Positions 36,566 through 46,702 of a stretch of DNA of 59,928 nt are shown here, in pieces. Origin of the DNA: Chloroflexota bacterium (GTDB lineage Bacteria; Chloroflexota; Limnocylindria; Limnocylindrales; CSP1-4); NCBI GenBank assembly GCA_003171065.1, contig PMXQ01000047.1, forward strand, positions 3,587-63,514, read 5' to 3'. The position numbers and the translations under genes are program-made. How positions within the stretch are numbered: position 1 is the stretch's first letter; each line of letters begins with the position of its first letter. The notes beneath the pieces are model-generated. The model made no database searches. It saw nothing but the letters and a program-made list of their open reading frames with translations, and was not told the DNA's origin.

Positions 36566-37648
36566 ATGGACGCTGCCCGCGGCGCCGCAGAATCGCGTGA
36601 CCCGCGCTTCGACGAGCTTTACGCCGAAGCGAAGTCCACGCTGGGCTACGGAGCCAACAGCCTCCGCTCCGTGACGGAGCGATACCGCGAGGCCTACCGC
36701 GACTCACTGGCCCGCTGGCATCGCCTGCGAGACCTCGTCGATGCCGCCGATCGCGCCCCGTTCCTCGCGGCCGAGGATGGCGACGCGGAATCCGCGGCTG
36801 AGGCCGGCGCCGAGGACGCCCGCCAGAGGACGATGCGTACCGACGTCGAGCGCCAGACCGGGGACCTGGGCAAGCACCAGCAGGAACTCTCCAAGCTCGA
36901 GCTTTCGGTCCGCAGCATGGAGAATGCCTGGCTGTTTCTGGAGCGCGGTGACGCCAGCCTCCTCGCCGAAGTCGCCAATTCGGGTCTGCCGACGGACCTC
37001 CAGATGCGCATTGTGCAGGCTCAGGAGGCCGAGCGTTCGCGCCTGGCCCAGGAAGTCCACGACGGACCCGCCCAGGCTCTCTCCAACGCCATCTTCCAGG
37101 TCGAATACATCGAGCGGGTGCTCGACGAGGACACCCGCGCCGCGCACAACGAGCTGCGCTTCCTGCGCGAGCTGCTGCGCCGCGAGCTGGGCGAGGTCCG
37201 AACCTTCATCAGCCAGCTCCGCCCGCCGCTCCTGGATGAGCTCGGCTTGGACGGGTCGATCATGGACGCTGTGGAGGGCATGGCCGCGCTCACCGGTGCC
37301 ACGGTCGAGACCGACCTGCATGCGCCTGGAGAACAGCTCAGCCCGAGCCAGCAAACCGCCGTCCTGCGGATCGTCCAGGAGGCGCTGCAGAACGTCCGCA
37401 AGCACGCCGGCTCAAGTCATACCGTAGTGTCCACTAAGCTCGACGCAGCGAACTGGATTCTGGAGGTCAGCGACGACGGCCGAGGGTTCGACGTCGGTAC
37501 CGTCGCAGCGCGAGGCCGTCGCAACTTCGGCCTCCAGTTCATGCGAGAGCGGGCAGAGCTCATCGGTGCCCAATTCGAGGTTCGCTCGCGGTCGGGCGGT
37601 GGGACCGTCGTCTGGCTGTCGATTCCAGTGGGAGAGGAGAGCGCATGA
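36566..37648 (+). CDS. Cytoplasmic DegS-like sensor histidine kinase
   Basis: Coiled coil, ER.RLA.EVHDGPAQ, EALQNVRKH, DDGRGF and FGL..MRER motifs; alternative start at 36533. Confidence 0.92.
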   Translation: MDAARGAAESRDPRFDELYAEAKSTLGYGANSLRSVTERYREAYRDSLARWHRLRDLVDAADRAPFLAAEDGDAESAAEAGAEDARQRTMRTDVERQTGDLGKHQQELSKLELSVRSMENAWLFLERGDASLLAEVANSGLPTDLQMRIVQAQEAERSRLAQEVHDGPAQALSNAIFQVEYIERVLDEDTRAAHNELRFLRELLRRELGEVRTFISQLRPPLLDELGLDGSIMDAVEGMAALTGATVETDLHAPGEQLSPSQQTAVLRIVQEALQNVRKHAGSSHTVVSTKLDAANWILEVSDDGRGFDVGTVAARGRRNFGLQFMRERAELIGAQFEVRSRSGGGTVVWLSIPVGEESA

Positions 37649-38388
37649 GTTCGATGGATTACAGCGGGCCGGACCGGCGCCGGCCGGGGACGCCGGCTCG
37701 AAGCGGTGAGAAGACGACGATCCTTCTCGTCGACGACCATGCGCTCTTCCGGGTGGGAGTGCGCAACATCCTGGAACGAGAGCCCGGCTTCGACATCGTC
37801 GGCGAAGCGGACGATACGCGCGGCGCCTTCGACCTTTCGGTGCAACTCTCGCCGGACATCATCCTTATGGACCTCTCCCTGCCGGCTCCGGGCGGCATCG
37901 AGACGACACAGCGGATCAAGCGCGAACTGCCCTCGGCGGGCATCATCGTCCTGGCCGTCAACGAGGATGAGGACGCCCTTTTCGACGCCATCAAGGCGGG
38001 CGCTGCGGCCTTCATCCTCAAGGACGTCACCCCCGACGATCTCGTCGCGATCATCCGCCGCGTCGCCGCCGGCGAGTACCTGATCAACGACAAAGTCTTC
38101 GCCAAGCCAGCCGTCGCGAGCCGCGTTCTCAAGGAATTCCGTGAGCTGGCGATCTACGGCCAGGAGGCCGCTCCGATCTTCGCCCCGCTCTCTCCTCGCG
38201 AGGTCGAAATCCTCGACAACATCGCCCAGGGCATGACCAACAAGCAGGTCGCCTACGCCCTGTCGATCAGCGAGCAGACCGTCAAGAACCACATGTCCAG
38301 CATCCTGCGCAAGCTCAGCGTCAACGACCGAACCCAGGCCGTCGTCTACGCCATGCGCCAGGGCTGGATCAGAATGCCGGAGGACTGA
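37645..38388 (+). CDS. NarL/DegU-family response regulator
   Basis: REC domain (VDDH, ILMD, FILK) plus LuxR HTH (LSPRE, TVKNH). Confidence 0.95.
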   Translation: MSSMDYSGPDRRRPGTPARSGEKTTILLVDDHALFRVGVRNILEREPGFDIVGEADDTRGAFDLSVQLSPDIILMDLSLPAPGGIETTQRIKRELPSAGIIVLAVNEDEDALFDAIKAGAAAFILKDVTPDDLVAIIRRVAAGEYLINDKVFAKPAVASRVLKEFRELAIYGQEAAPIFAPLSPREVEILDNIAQGMTNKQVAYALSISEQTVKNHMSSILRKLSVNDRTQAVVYAMRQGWIRMPED

Positions 38389-38395
38389 TCCCCCG

Positions 38396-39577
38396 GTGAC
38401 TGCCCCCGAGCCACTGCCACTCCCGCTGCTCGAGATCGCGGAGCGGGCCAGACGTGAGGTCGATCTCCTGACCCGGGAGATCGGCGAGATCGAGTTGCTC
38501 GTCCAGCAGGCTCGAACCGAGGCGACCCGCCACGAGACGAAGCGCGCGCAGTCGGCCGACAAGCTCAAGACCGCGGCCGGCTACAACCCCGACAGCGACG
38601 GAGCTCAGCAGACCGAGCAGCTGCTGGCTCTGACCAGGCGCTCCGCCATCATGGACGCGCAGGTCGACATCCTCGAGGGCAAGCTCAAGGTTCTGTCTCG
38701 CTTCCGCGAGAGCCTGCGGCGCTACAGCTCGGAGCTCGACCGGGCTTCGATGGGCGGCGCGATGCCCCAACACACGGCCGACAAGCTGGACTCGACCACG
38801 CCGCTCCCACCGGCGGTCTCGCGCTTGGTGATGGCCGCGCAGGAAGATCTGCGTAGGGACATCGCCCGGGCCATGCACGACGGCCCGGCCCAGAGCCTGA
38901 CCAACATCGTCCTGCAGGCCCAGATCGTGGAGCGGCTGCTCGACCGCGACCCAGCCCAGGCCAGGACGGAGATAGGGCAACTCGTCGGCATGGTCCAGCG
39001 GACTCTGGACGCGACCAAGGCGTTCATCTTCGACGTCCGGCCGATGGTCCTGGACGATCTCGGGCTCGTCCCCACACTGCGACGCGTAGCCCGCGACCGC
39101 GGCCGTCGCTCGCAGGTCCCGATCGAGTTCGAGTCGTACGGAACCGACCGGCGCCTGCCGATGGACGTGGAGAGCACCCTCTTCCGCATCATCGACGAGA
39201 CGATCACGGGGTTCCTCTCCTGTCACCCGGACCTGATCTCCATCAAGATCGAGTGGTCGGACCACAAGACAGAGGCCCACGTCGCAGCCAGGCGCGAAGG
39301 GGCCGAGCAGCTCGAAGAGGAGGAACCGGAGGAGGAGGCCAACGAGGAGAAGCGCGGCAAGGGCGGCGACCGCGAGATCCCCGAGGCGCTCCAGGTCATG
39401 ATCGACGAACAGCGCGCCGGCGCCGCCGCGGCCCGCAATACCAGGAAGCAATCCCAGGTCCTCGCCCTGCCGGCCTCCACATGGCGCGAGGTTCAGCAGC
39501 GGTCCGACACGATCGGGGTCGCGGCCGAGCTCGTCGACGACGGCCGTGAGCTCGTCCTGGTGCTGGCCGGTCGGTGA
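38396..39577 (+). CDS. HisKA_3 protein with degenerate ATPase domain
   Basis: MHDGPAQSL and LDDLGL retained; N and G boxes not recognisable. Confidence 0.8.
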   Translation: MTAPEPLPLPLLEIAERARREVDLLTREIGEIELLVQQARTEATRHETKRAQSADKLKTAAGYNPDSDGAQQTEQLLALTRRSAIMDAQVDILEGKLKVLSRFRESLRRYSSELDRASMGGAMPQHTADKLDSTTPLPPAVSRLVMAAQEDLRRDIARAMHDGPAQSLTNIVLQAQIVERLLDRDPAQARTEIGQLVGMVQRTLDATKAFIFDVRPMVLDDLGLVPTLRRVARDRGRRSQVPIEFESYGTDRRLPMDVESTLFRIIDETITGFLSCHPDLISIKIEWSDHKTEAHVAARREGAEQLEEEEPEEEANEEKRGKGGDREIPEALQVMIDEQRAGAAAARNTRKQSQVLALPASTWREVQQRSDTIGVAAELVDDGRELVLVLAGR

Positions 39578-39756
39578 CCCGGGATCTCCTGGCCCGGATA
39601 CGCCGGTCAAGCGCCGCAGATCACCGTGCCGACGCGTGCAAGCGAAAGCGGCGAAGAGCACCGCAGCGGGCGCCCTCGGAATGGTTCGCGAGCGAGAGGC
39701 GAGGAAGCCAACACAGGAATGAGCCGGCTGACCGGACGGGACGCAGGCGGCGACCG

Positions 39757-39927
39757 GTGGATCCGGGCTCAGGCGACCGTTCCGCGAAATGCTCACGCCA
39801 GGCCGGCCAGGGGCTCGTTGAGTACGGGCTCATCCTCATTCTGGCGGTCATTGTGTGCGTCGCGTCGTTGCTCTTCTTCGGCGACGAGCTGTCGTCGCTG
39901 CTCAGCCTGATCGCGTCCGCCGTCTAG
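39757..39927 (+). CDS. Flp-type pilin-like protein (start uncertain)
   Basis: GQGLVEYGLIL followed by a hydrophobic helix. Confidence 0.75.
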   Translation: MDPGSGDRSAKCSRQAGQGLVEYGLILILAVIVCVASLLFFGDELSSLLSLIASAV

Positions 39928-40146
39928 GCTGGCGCGCTGGGCGCCGGCGCGGGACGCGCCTGGCGAGTGGTCCACAGACCGTTGCCCCTCGGCGCCAGGA
40001 CCGGCGACCGAGAGAGTCGCTGCGAGTGCGGAAAGGTGTACTCCGGACCGGTCCCATTACCATCTTGCTAGTGGCTCCGCCGATCCCGTTCTCTCAGAAT
40101 GCAGCGCATCCTCCCATTGGAGGGCCGTTCTCATCAGGAGGCCATC

Positions 40147-40287
40147 ATGCTTCTCCGGTCCAAGGGCCAGGGTCTTGCGGAGTACGCCCTGATTCTCGCG
40201 CTCATCGCCATCCTGGCAATCACCGCCCTGATCTTCCTCAGTGGCAACATCAACACGATCCTGAGCACAATCGGCCACGCTCTGTAG
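40147..40287 (+). CDS. flp: Flp family type IVb pilin
   Basis: KGQGLAEYALIL motif; SD AGGAGG. Confidence 0.9.
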   Translation: MLLRSKGQGLAEYALILALIAILAITALIFLSGNINTILSTIGHAL

Positions 40288-40307
40288 CCGCTGCTCTGCG
40301 ACAAACT

Positions 40308-40337
40308 AAGGGCCGCGCCTCTGGCGCGGCCCTTTTT
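40308..40337 (+). terminator. Rho-independent terminator
   Basis: AAGGGCCGCGCC-TCT-GGCGCGGCCCTT stem followed by a T run. Confidence 0.9.
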
Positions 40338-40498
40338 CATGCCCTCTGAACACCGCCGACCACGCTCGAAACCCCTCGATCGGTGGCGTAATTGCGGAGA
40401 AACGTTCCTAGCCGGCCTAGCCCATTGGTATAGTCGCGTTTAGGTACACTGCAAGGCTACTGTGGTGACTCTTGTCACAAGCCCTCGGGAGAGACGTC

Positions 40499-41461
40499 GT
40501 GAAGCGATCAAATCGGCTCCTCATTCTGTTTGGGGTGTTCCTCGCGGTCCTTGCGATGGTCGGGGTGATCGTCGTCGCCGGTGGCAGCAGCTCCGGCGGC
40601 GGGGCGAAAGGCACGCCGACCCCCACACCGGAGCCGCAAGTCTCGGTCGTCATTGCCGCGACGGACATTGCCCTGGGCGACAAGATCACCGCGGAGATGG
40701 TCACAACTGAGGCCATGTCGGTCTCGGACCGCGACGCTCTCCAGGGGGACACCTATACGACGCCGGACCAGGTGATCGGCAAGATTGCCGGCGGCACCAT
40801 CACCAAGGGCAGCATTCTGTATGCCGACACGTCCTTCCTGCAGCCCGGAACGTTCGTCGCAGGCCAGGACCTGTCCTCCGGCATCGCCCCCGGGATGGTG
40901 GCGGTTTCCATGGAGGTCGACCAGGTCAACGGCGTCGGCGAGCTCCTCGTGCCGGGCGACCACGTTGACATCATCCTGTCCGTTTGGGTAAACGAGCTCA
41001 ACCTCGTGTACGTTGGAACGCCCACCGACAAGTTCAAGGTCACGCTTGGCACGGGGCAGGACGTGACCACGAAGACCGTCATCCAGAATCGCAAGATCCT
41101 GGTCACGCTTCTTCCCGCGCCCACAGCCGCTCAACCCGGCGCCAACACCGGTGCCTCTCCGACGCCAGTGCCCCAGGCAACCGCCCAGACGATCACCAAC
41201 ACCGGCGCCCACATGATCGTCGTGGTCGAGGTCAAGCCTGACGAGGCCGAGATCATGCGCTGGGCTCAGCGCGAAGAGAAGCTCGACCCGCAGAACTACA
41301 TCACCCTCGGCCTGGCTCTGCGCTCGGACCAGGACGACAACGCCCCTGACGTCACGACCCCTGGGATCACGCTCAAGCAGCTGGTGACGATCTACGGCGT
41401 TCTTCCGCCCGATCCGCGAGCGATCATTCCGGCCGACCTGGCCAAGGAGCTTTCCTGGTAA
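40499..41461 (+). CDS. cpaB: Flp pilus assembly protein CpaB/RcpC
   Basis: TM helix, SAF domain, GMVAVS..VD...GV...L.PGD.VDI motif. Confidence 0.88.
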   Translation: MKRSNRLLILFGVFLAVLAMVGVIVVAGGSSSGGGAKGTPTPTPEPQVSVVIAATDIALGDKITAEMVTTEAMSVSDRDALQGDTYTTPDQVIGKIAGGTITKGSILYADTSFLQPGTFVAGQDLSSGIAPGMVAVSMEVDQVNGVGELLVPGDHVDIILSVWVNELNLVYVGTPTDKFKVTLGTGQDVTTKTVIQNRKILVTLLPAPTAAQPGANTGASPTPVPQATAQTITNTGAHMIVVVEVKPDEAEIMRWAQREEKLDPQNYITLGLALRSDQDDNAPDVTTPGITLKQLVTIYGVLPPDPRAIIPADLAKELSW

Positions 41462-41545
41462 CGCGCCCCGCCGCAACACGGCGAATGCGACAGCGAGAGG
41501 CCGAGCGATCGGCCTCTCCGCCACCTCTGGGGTAACCAACACCCA

Positions 41546-42775
41546 ATGGCAGACCGGATCAGGGTCCTCATCGTCGACGACATTCCGGAGACCCGCGACC
41601 ACCTCGCCAAGCTCCTGGGCTTCGAACCGGACATCGAGGTGGTGGGCGCGGCGTCTTCCGGAACCGAGGCGATCGCGCACGCGACGCAACTCCTGCCCGA
41701 CGTGATCCTGATGGACATCAACATGCCCGACATGGACGGCATCACCGCGACCGAGCGCCTCTCTTCGCAGGTCCCCAGCGCGGCTGTGGTGATGATGTCC
41801 GTTCAGGGAGAGGCCGACTATCTGCGTCGCTCGATGCTGGCCGGAGCCCGCGAGTTCCTGGTCAAGCCCTTCAGCAGCGACGAGCTGACGGCGTCAGTTC
41901 GGCAGGTCTACTCCCGCGAGAGGGAGAAGGCCGGACGGATCGTGGTGGCAGCGGCGCCGCGTGGCGCAGGGCCGGCCGAGCTCGGCTCCGTGGTGGCCGT
42001 CTTCAGCCCCAAGGGCGGAGTCGGCCGCACGACCATCGCCGTCAACCTGGCCGTCGTCGCCGCGACCGAGCTGAACAAGAAGGTCGTCCTCGTCGACGGC
42101 TCGTTCCAATTCGGCGACGTGGCCGTCCTGCTGAACCTCAACCCCAAAGACAAGTCAATGTTCGAGCTCGTGTCGGACCTCGAAGCCGGCGGCGACGTCG
42201 ACGCCGTGGACACCTACACGGTGACCCATTCGTCGGGACTCCACGTGGTCCTGGCCCCGCCTTCGCCGGAGATGGCCGACGCCATCACTCCTGCAGGCGT
42301 AAAGCACGTGGTCGAGGCGCTGCGGCAGCGGTACGAGCTTGTGGTCATCGATTGCGCAGCGTGGTTCAACGATACGACTCTGGGTATCCTTGATCTGGCG
42401 GACATTGTGCTGACGGTCCTGACGCTGGAGATCACCAGCATCAAGAACATCAGGCTCTTTCTCGAGGTGGCCGAGAAGCTCGGCTACGAGGACAAGGTCC
42501 GGCTCGTCCTGAACCGGGCCGACACGACGCTTGGGATCAGAGTGGCCGACGTAGAGCATTCGATCGGCCGGAAGGTTGACCACACCATCGTCAGCGACGG
42601 CCGCGCCGTCGTTTACGCGCTGAACCGGGGAGTACCGTTCGTTCTCAGCAACCGTGAGGCCCAGGTCTCCCAGGACGTTCTCCGTCTGGCAACGGCCATC
42701 ACAAGCAACCGAGAACCTCGCGAAGAGGATCACAAGTCGACCCAAAAAGGCAAGTCACTCTTCGCATGGAGATGA
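41546..42775 (+). CDS. cpaE: CpaE/TadZ-like protein (REC domain plus MinD-like ATPase)
   Basis: REC domain (VDD, ILMD, KPF) and KGGVGRTT motif. Confidence 0.88.
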   Translation: MADRIRVLIVDDIPETRDHLAKLLGFEPDIEVVGAASSGTEAIAHATQLLPDVILMDINMPDMDGITATERLSSQVPSAAVVMMSVQGEADYLRRSMLAGAREFLVKPFSSDELTASVRQVYSREREKAGRIVVAAAPRGAGPAELGSVVAVFSPKGGVGRTTIAVNLAVVAATELNKKVVLVDGSFQFGDVAVLLNLNPKDKSMFELVSDLEAGGDVDAVDTYTVTHSSGLHVVLAPPSPEMADAITPAGVKHVVEALRQRYELVVIDCAAWFNDTTLGILDLADIVLTVLTLEITSIKNIRLFLEVAEKLGYEDKVRLVLNRADTTLGIRVADVEHSIGRKVDHTIVSDGRAVVYALNRGVPFVLSNREAQVSQDVLRLATAITSNREPREEDHKSTQKGKSLFAWR

Positions 42776-42803
42776 CCCTTCGGGCGAGCAAGGGGTGTAG
42801 GCG

Positions 42804-44201
42804 ATGTCCCTTCTGAAGCGAATCGAGAGCGCGCGACCGGGCGTGGCGCCAGGAGCGCCAGGCGGCGGGCCGAGCGCACCTCCCGGAACACCTGGAGTTC
42901 CCTCCGCACCCTCGGGTCAACGACTGCTCAATCAGGCTCCCGTTCGGGAATCCCTGCGAGAAGTCAAGTTCCGGATCCAGTCGCGGGTCATCCAGGACCT
43001 GGACCCCAAACTCGATCTGGCCAACCAGGTCGAGGTGCGCCGCCAGATCGAGGAGATCTTCGGACGGGTCATCGACGAGGAGGGCCTGGCTCTCACTCGC
43101 GCCGAGCGCGTTCGCATGCTCGAGCAGATCACGGACGAGATCATCGGCCTGGGGCCCATGGAGCCGCTGCTCCGCGACGAAACCGTGACCGAAATCATGG
43201 TCAATGGCCCGCGCCAGGTGTACATCGAGCGCGCCGGCCGGCTGGAACTCACCAACGTCGTCTTCCAGAACGACGACCACGTGATGCGCATCATCGATCG
43301 GATCATCGCCCCGATCGGCCGCCGCATCGACGAGTCGAGCCCGATGGTCGACGCGCGTCTGACGGACGGGTCCCGCGTCAACGCCATCATCCCGCCGCTG
43401 TCCCTGATCGGGCCGGTGATCACCGTCCGAAAGTTCTCCGCCTCGCCGTTCACCGTGGACGACCTGATCCGTTTCGGCACGTCGACACCCGAGATGTTCG
43501 ACTTCCTGCGCGCCTGCGTCGAAGCGCGCCTGAACATCTTCGTGTCGGGCGGCACCGGCTCGGGCAAGACCACCACCCTCAACGTCCTCTCCTCGTTCAT
43601 CCCGAACGACGAGCGCATCATCACCGTCGAGGACGCGGCCGAGCTGCAGCTCCGCCAGGAGCACGTGGTCACCCTCGAGTCGCGGCCACCGAACATCGAA
43701 GGCCGCGGCGCCGTCCCGATCCGCGAGCTCGTCCGCAACTGCCTCCGGATGCGGCCCGATCGAATCATCGTCGGCGAGTGCCGAGGCGGCGAGGCGCTGG
43801 ACATGCTCCAGGCTATGAACACCGGCCACGACGGCTCGATGTCCACCGGCCACGCCAACAGCCCGCGCGACATGCTCGCCCGACTCGAGACGATGGTGCT
43901 CATGGCCGGCGTCGACCTGCCTCTGCGAGCCATTCGGGAGCAGGTCTCCTCCGCCGTGGATCTCATCGTTCACCAGTCCCGCCTGAAGGACGGCACCCGC
44001 AGGATCGTGAACATCACCGAAGTCCAGGGCATGGAAGGCGATGTCATCGTCATGCAGGACGTCTTCGTCTGGGAACAGACTGGGGTCGTCGAGGGCAAGA
44101 TCCAGGGTCGCCTCCGCCCGACCGGCATCCGGCCCAAGTTTGTGGAGAAGTTCGAGGTCATGGGCATTCACCTGCCGCGCGGCCTGTTCGGCTTCGCGTA
44201 G
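42804..44201 (+). CDS. cpaF: Tad secretion ATPase CpaF/TadA
   Basis: GGTGSGKTT, EDAAEL, RMRPDRII.GE.RG and MNTGH.GS motifs. Confidence 0.95.
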   Translation: MSLLKRIESARPGVAPGAPGGGPSAPPGTPGVPSAPSGQRLLNQAPVRESLREVKFRIQSRVIQDLDPKLDLANQVEVRRQIEEIFGRVIDEEGLALTRAERVRMLEQITDEIIGLGPMEPLLRDETVTEIMVNGPRQVYIERAGRLELTNVVFQNDDHVMRIIDRIIAPIGRRIDESSPMVDARLTDGSRVNAIIPPLSLIGPVITVRKFSASPFTVDDLIRFGTSTPEMFDFLRACVEARLNIFVSGGTGSGKTTTLNVLSSFIPNDERIITVEDAAELQLRQEHVVTLESRPPNIEGRGAVPIRELVRNCLRMRPDRIIVGECRGGEALDMLQAMNTGHDGSMSTGHANSPRDMLARLETMVLMAGVDLPLRAIREQVSSAVDLIVHQSRLKDGTRRIVNITEVQGMEGDVIVMQDVFVWEQTGVVEGKIQGRLRPTGIRPKFVEKFEVMGIHLPRGLFGFA

Positions 44202-44225
44202 AGGAACGGAGGCAGGGAGGCCGCT

Positions 44226-45233
44226 ATGGTCATCATCGTCGCGTTGATCCTCGCCATGGGGATCATGCTCGTCTTCATCGGTCTGGCGACATCCGGCGGC
44301 GGATCGGGGATCAGCGCCCGACTCGAGCGCTACACCGCCAGCAAGCCCGAGGCCTCCACCACGACCGTCCAGTCGGGCGTCGGAATCGGTGACGTGCTTG
44401 CACAAAGCGTCGCCCTGGCCCGCCTGAACAGGATCGTCGAGCAACGCGACTTCGGCGCGAACCTGGCGCGTGACATCGCCCGGGCCGATCTCAAGCTCAA
44501 ACCGGGCGAGTTCATCGCACTCTGGATCGGGTCCATCGTAGGCATCCCGTTCTTGTTCCTCTTCCTGGGCCTTATTCTGCAGCCGCTGGGGTCTCCGCTG
44601 GGGCTCCTGGCAGGGGCCGCCATCGGCGCCTGGCTGCCGCGGTACTGGCTGGGCCGCCGGCGCGCGTCACGCCTCAATGCCTTCAACAAGCAGCTACCCG
44701 ACACGATCACGCTGATCGCGAACGCCCTGCGCGCGGGCTCCTCGTTCCTGCAGGCCATCGAAATGGTCGTGCGCGAGGCCCAGCCCCCGGTGACCGTGGA
44801 GTTCGGTCGCGTGGTCCGCGAGGTAAACCTCGGCCTTGCCTTCGATGTCGCGCTTGAGAACATGGTCCGCCGCGTGCGCTCGGACGACCTGGAATTGATG
44901 GCCACGGCGATCACGATCCAGCATCAGGTCGGCGGCAACCTCGCCGAGATCCTCGATTCGATCGCCTTCACGATTCGTGAGCGCGTCAGGATCAAGGGCG
45001 AGATCAGGACCCTCACGGCCCAGCAGCGGATGTCTGGCTACGTGGTCGCCTTCCTGCCGATCGGCCTGGTGGGCGTCCTGTTCGTCATCGCTCCCAAGTT
45101 CATGGAGCCGATGTTCATGAACCCGCCCGGCATCATGAATCTGCCGGCTGGTCTCATCATCCTCATCTTCGCCGGAATCATGATGTTCATCGGGTTCATG
45201 ATCATCCGCAGCATCGTCAGCATCGAGGTCTGA
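44226..45233 (+). CDS. tadB: TadB (T2SS-F family)
   Basis: QLPD......LRAG and GGNL.E.L motifs. Confidence 0.9.
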   Translation: MVIIVALILAMGIMLVFIGLATSGGGSGISARLERYTASKPEASTTTVQSGVGIGDVLAQSVALARLNRIVEQRDFGANLARDIARADLKLKPGEFIALWIGSIVGIPFLFLFLGLILQPLGSPLGLLAGAAIGAWLPRYWLGRRRASRLNAFNKQLPDTITLIANALRAGSSFLQAIEMVVREAQPPVTVEFGRVVREVNLGLAFDVALENMVRRVRSDDLELMATAITIQHQVGGNLAEILDSIAFTIRERVRIKGEIRTLTAQQRMSGYVVAFLPIGLVGVLFVIAPKFMEPMFMNPPGIMNLPAGLIILIFAGIMMFIGFMIIRSIVSIEV

Positions 45234-45234
45234 A

Positions 45235-46188
45235 ATGGTGTACGTCCTCGCCGGTGTGGCGGGCCTCGGGATCTTCCTGATCTTCGTGGCTCTTGCCAGT
45301 GGTGGATCGGTCGACCCGGTGCAGGCCCGGCTAACTCAGCTGGGCAACGTCCAGGCTCGCAACCTAGAAGAGCTCGAGCTCCAGCAGCCCTTCGCCGAAC
45401 GCACCCTGCGCCCGCTCATCGCACGACTCTCGCGGACCGGCGGACGTCTGAGCAGCGCCTCATCCGCCGAAACAGCCGAGAAACGGCTTGCACTCGCGGG
45501 CAATCCGGGCGACATGCGCCTGGCCGACTGGATGGGCGTCAAGATGTTGGTCGGCATCGGCACGGGCACGGTCCTGTTCGTGCTCCTCGGCGTCCTGGCC
45601 GCGGGTGGCATCAGCGGCGTCGGGTCCATCGCCAAGGCGCTCTTCTTCGGGCTCATCGGCTTCTTCGTGGGTTACCTCGCGCCCGAGTTCTGGCTCGGCC
45701 GCAAGATCAAGGCCCGCCAGAAGATCATCCTCAAGATGATCCCGGACACGCTGGACCTGCTGACGATCTCCGTTCGCGCCGGTCTCGGCTTCGACGCCGC
45801 GCTGGCCAAGGTGGTCGAGAAGCTGCCCGGCCCGCTGACCGACGAGTTCCGCCGGGCCCTGGCCGAGGTGCGCGTGGGCAAGGCCCGACGCGAGGCTCTG
45901 CGCGACATGATTCCGCGGACCAACGTTCAGCCCCTCTCCAACTTCATCGGCGCGATCATCCAGGCCGAAACGCTGGGCGTCTCGATCTCCAAGGTGCTGC
46001 AGGTTCAGTCCGAGCAGCTCCGCATCGAGCGCCGCCAGCGAGCCGAAGAGATGGCCGCGAAGGCGCCGATCAAGATGCTCTTCCCGCTTGTGGGATGCAT
46101 CTTCCCGTCGCTCTTCGTCGTCATCCTCGGCCCGGCCATCATCTCGCTGGTGAAGACCTTCGCCGGCGGCGGCATTCCGACCAGGTGA
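45235..46188 (+). CDS. tadC: TadC (T2SS-F family)
   Basis: PD.LDLL...V.AGLGFD and AEE.A.K.P.KM.FPL motifs. Confidence 0.9.
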   Translation: MVYVLAGVAGLGIFLIFVALASGGSVDPVQARLTQLGNVQARNLEELELQQPFAERTLRPLIARLSRTGGRLSSASSAETAEKRLALAGNPGDMRLADWMGVKMLVGIGTGTVLFVLLGVLAAGGISGVGSIAKALFFGLIGFFVGYLAPEFWLGRKIKARQKIILKMIPDTLDLLTISVRAGLGFDAALAKVVEKLPGPLTDEFRRALAEVRVGKARREALRDMIPRTNVQPLSNFIGAIIQAETLGVSISKVLQVQSEQLRIERRQRAEEMAAKAPIKMLFPLVGCIFPSLFVVILGPAIISLVKTFAGGGIPTR

Positions 46189-46204
46189 GCGGAGCTCCGG
46201 GCAG

Positions 46205-46591
46205 GTGAGCAGGCCACTTCTGGTGGCCCGCAACACCAGCCGGGGAACCGTGCTGGCCGAGCGGCTCGAGGACGGTTCCTCTTTCTGGGCCAAGTTCATG
46301 GGCCTCATGGGTCGCTCGTCGCTTCCGCGAGGAGACGGACTGTGGCTACCCGGCGAGAACGGCATCCACATGCTGTTCATGCGTTTCGCGATCGACGTCG
46401 TCTTCGTTTCACCGCCGGCGGGCAGGCGCGATGGGCCGCGCCGGGTCCTGTCACTGCATCGGGCCGTGCCGCCGTGGCGCGGAGTTGTGTGGCGTGTGGG
46501 CGGCGCAAAGGGAGTCCTGGAGCTGCCGCCCGGCACGATCGACCAATCGGACACGGCCGTGGGCGACGAGATAGCGATCGAGCCCCGATAG
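46205..46591 (+). CDS. DUF192 family protein
   Basis: GLMGR, IHM.FMRF.IDVVF and VLELP.G motifs. Confidence 0.88.
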   Translation: MSRPLLVARNTSRGTVLAERLEDGSSFWAKFMGLMGRSSLPRGDGLWLPGENGIHMLFMRFAIDVVFVSPPAGRRDGPRRVLSLHRAVPPWRGVVWRVGGAKGVLELPPGTIDQSDTAVGDEIAIEPR

Positions 46592-46702
46592 GCACCGCGG
46601 AGGACGCGGCCGTGGACGCGGCCGTGGCCGCCCCAGCGGCGGCCGCCGGTCAGATAAGGGCGAAGTACGTGGCGCGTAAGCAGCCTGCACTAGCTTCCCG
46701 AC

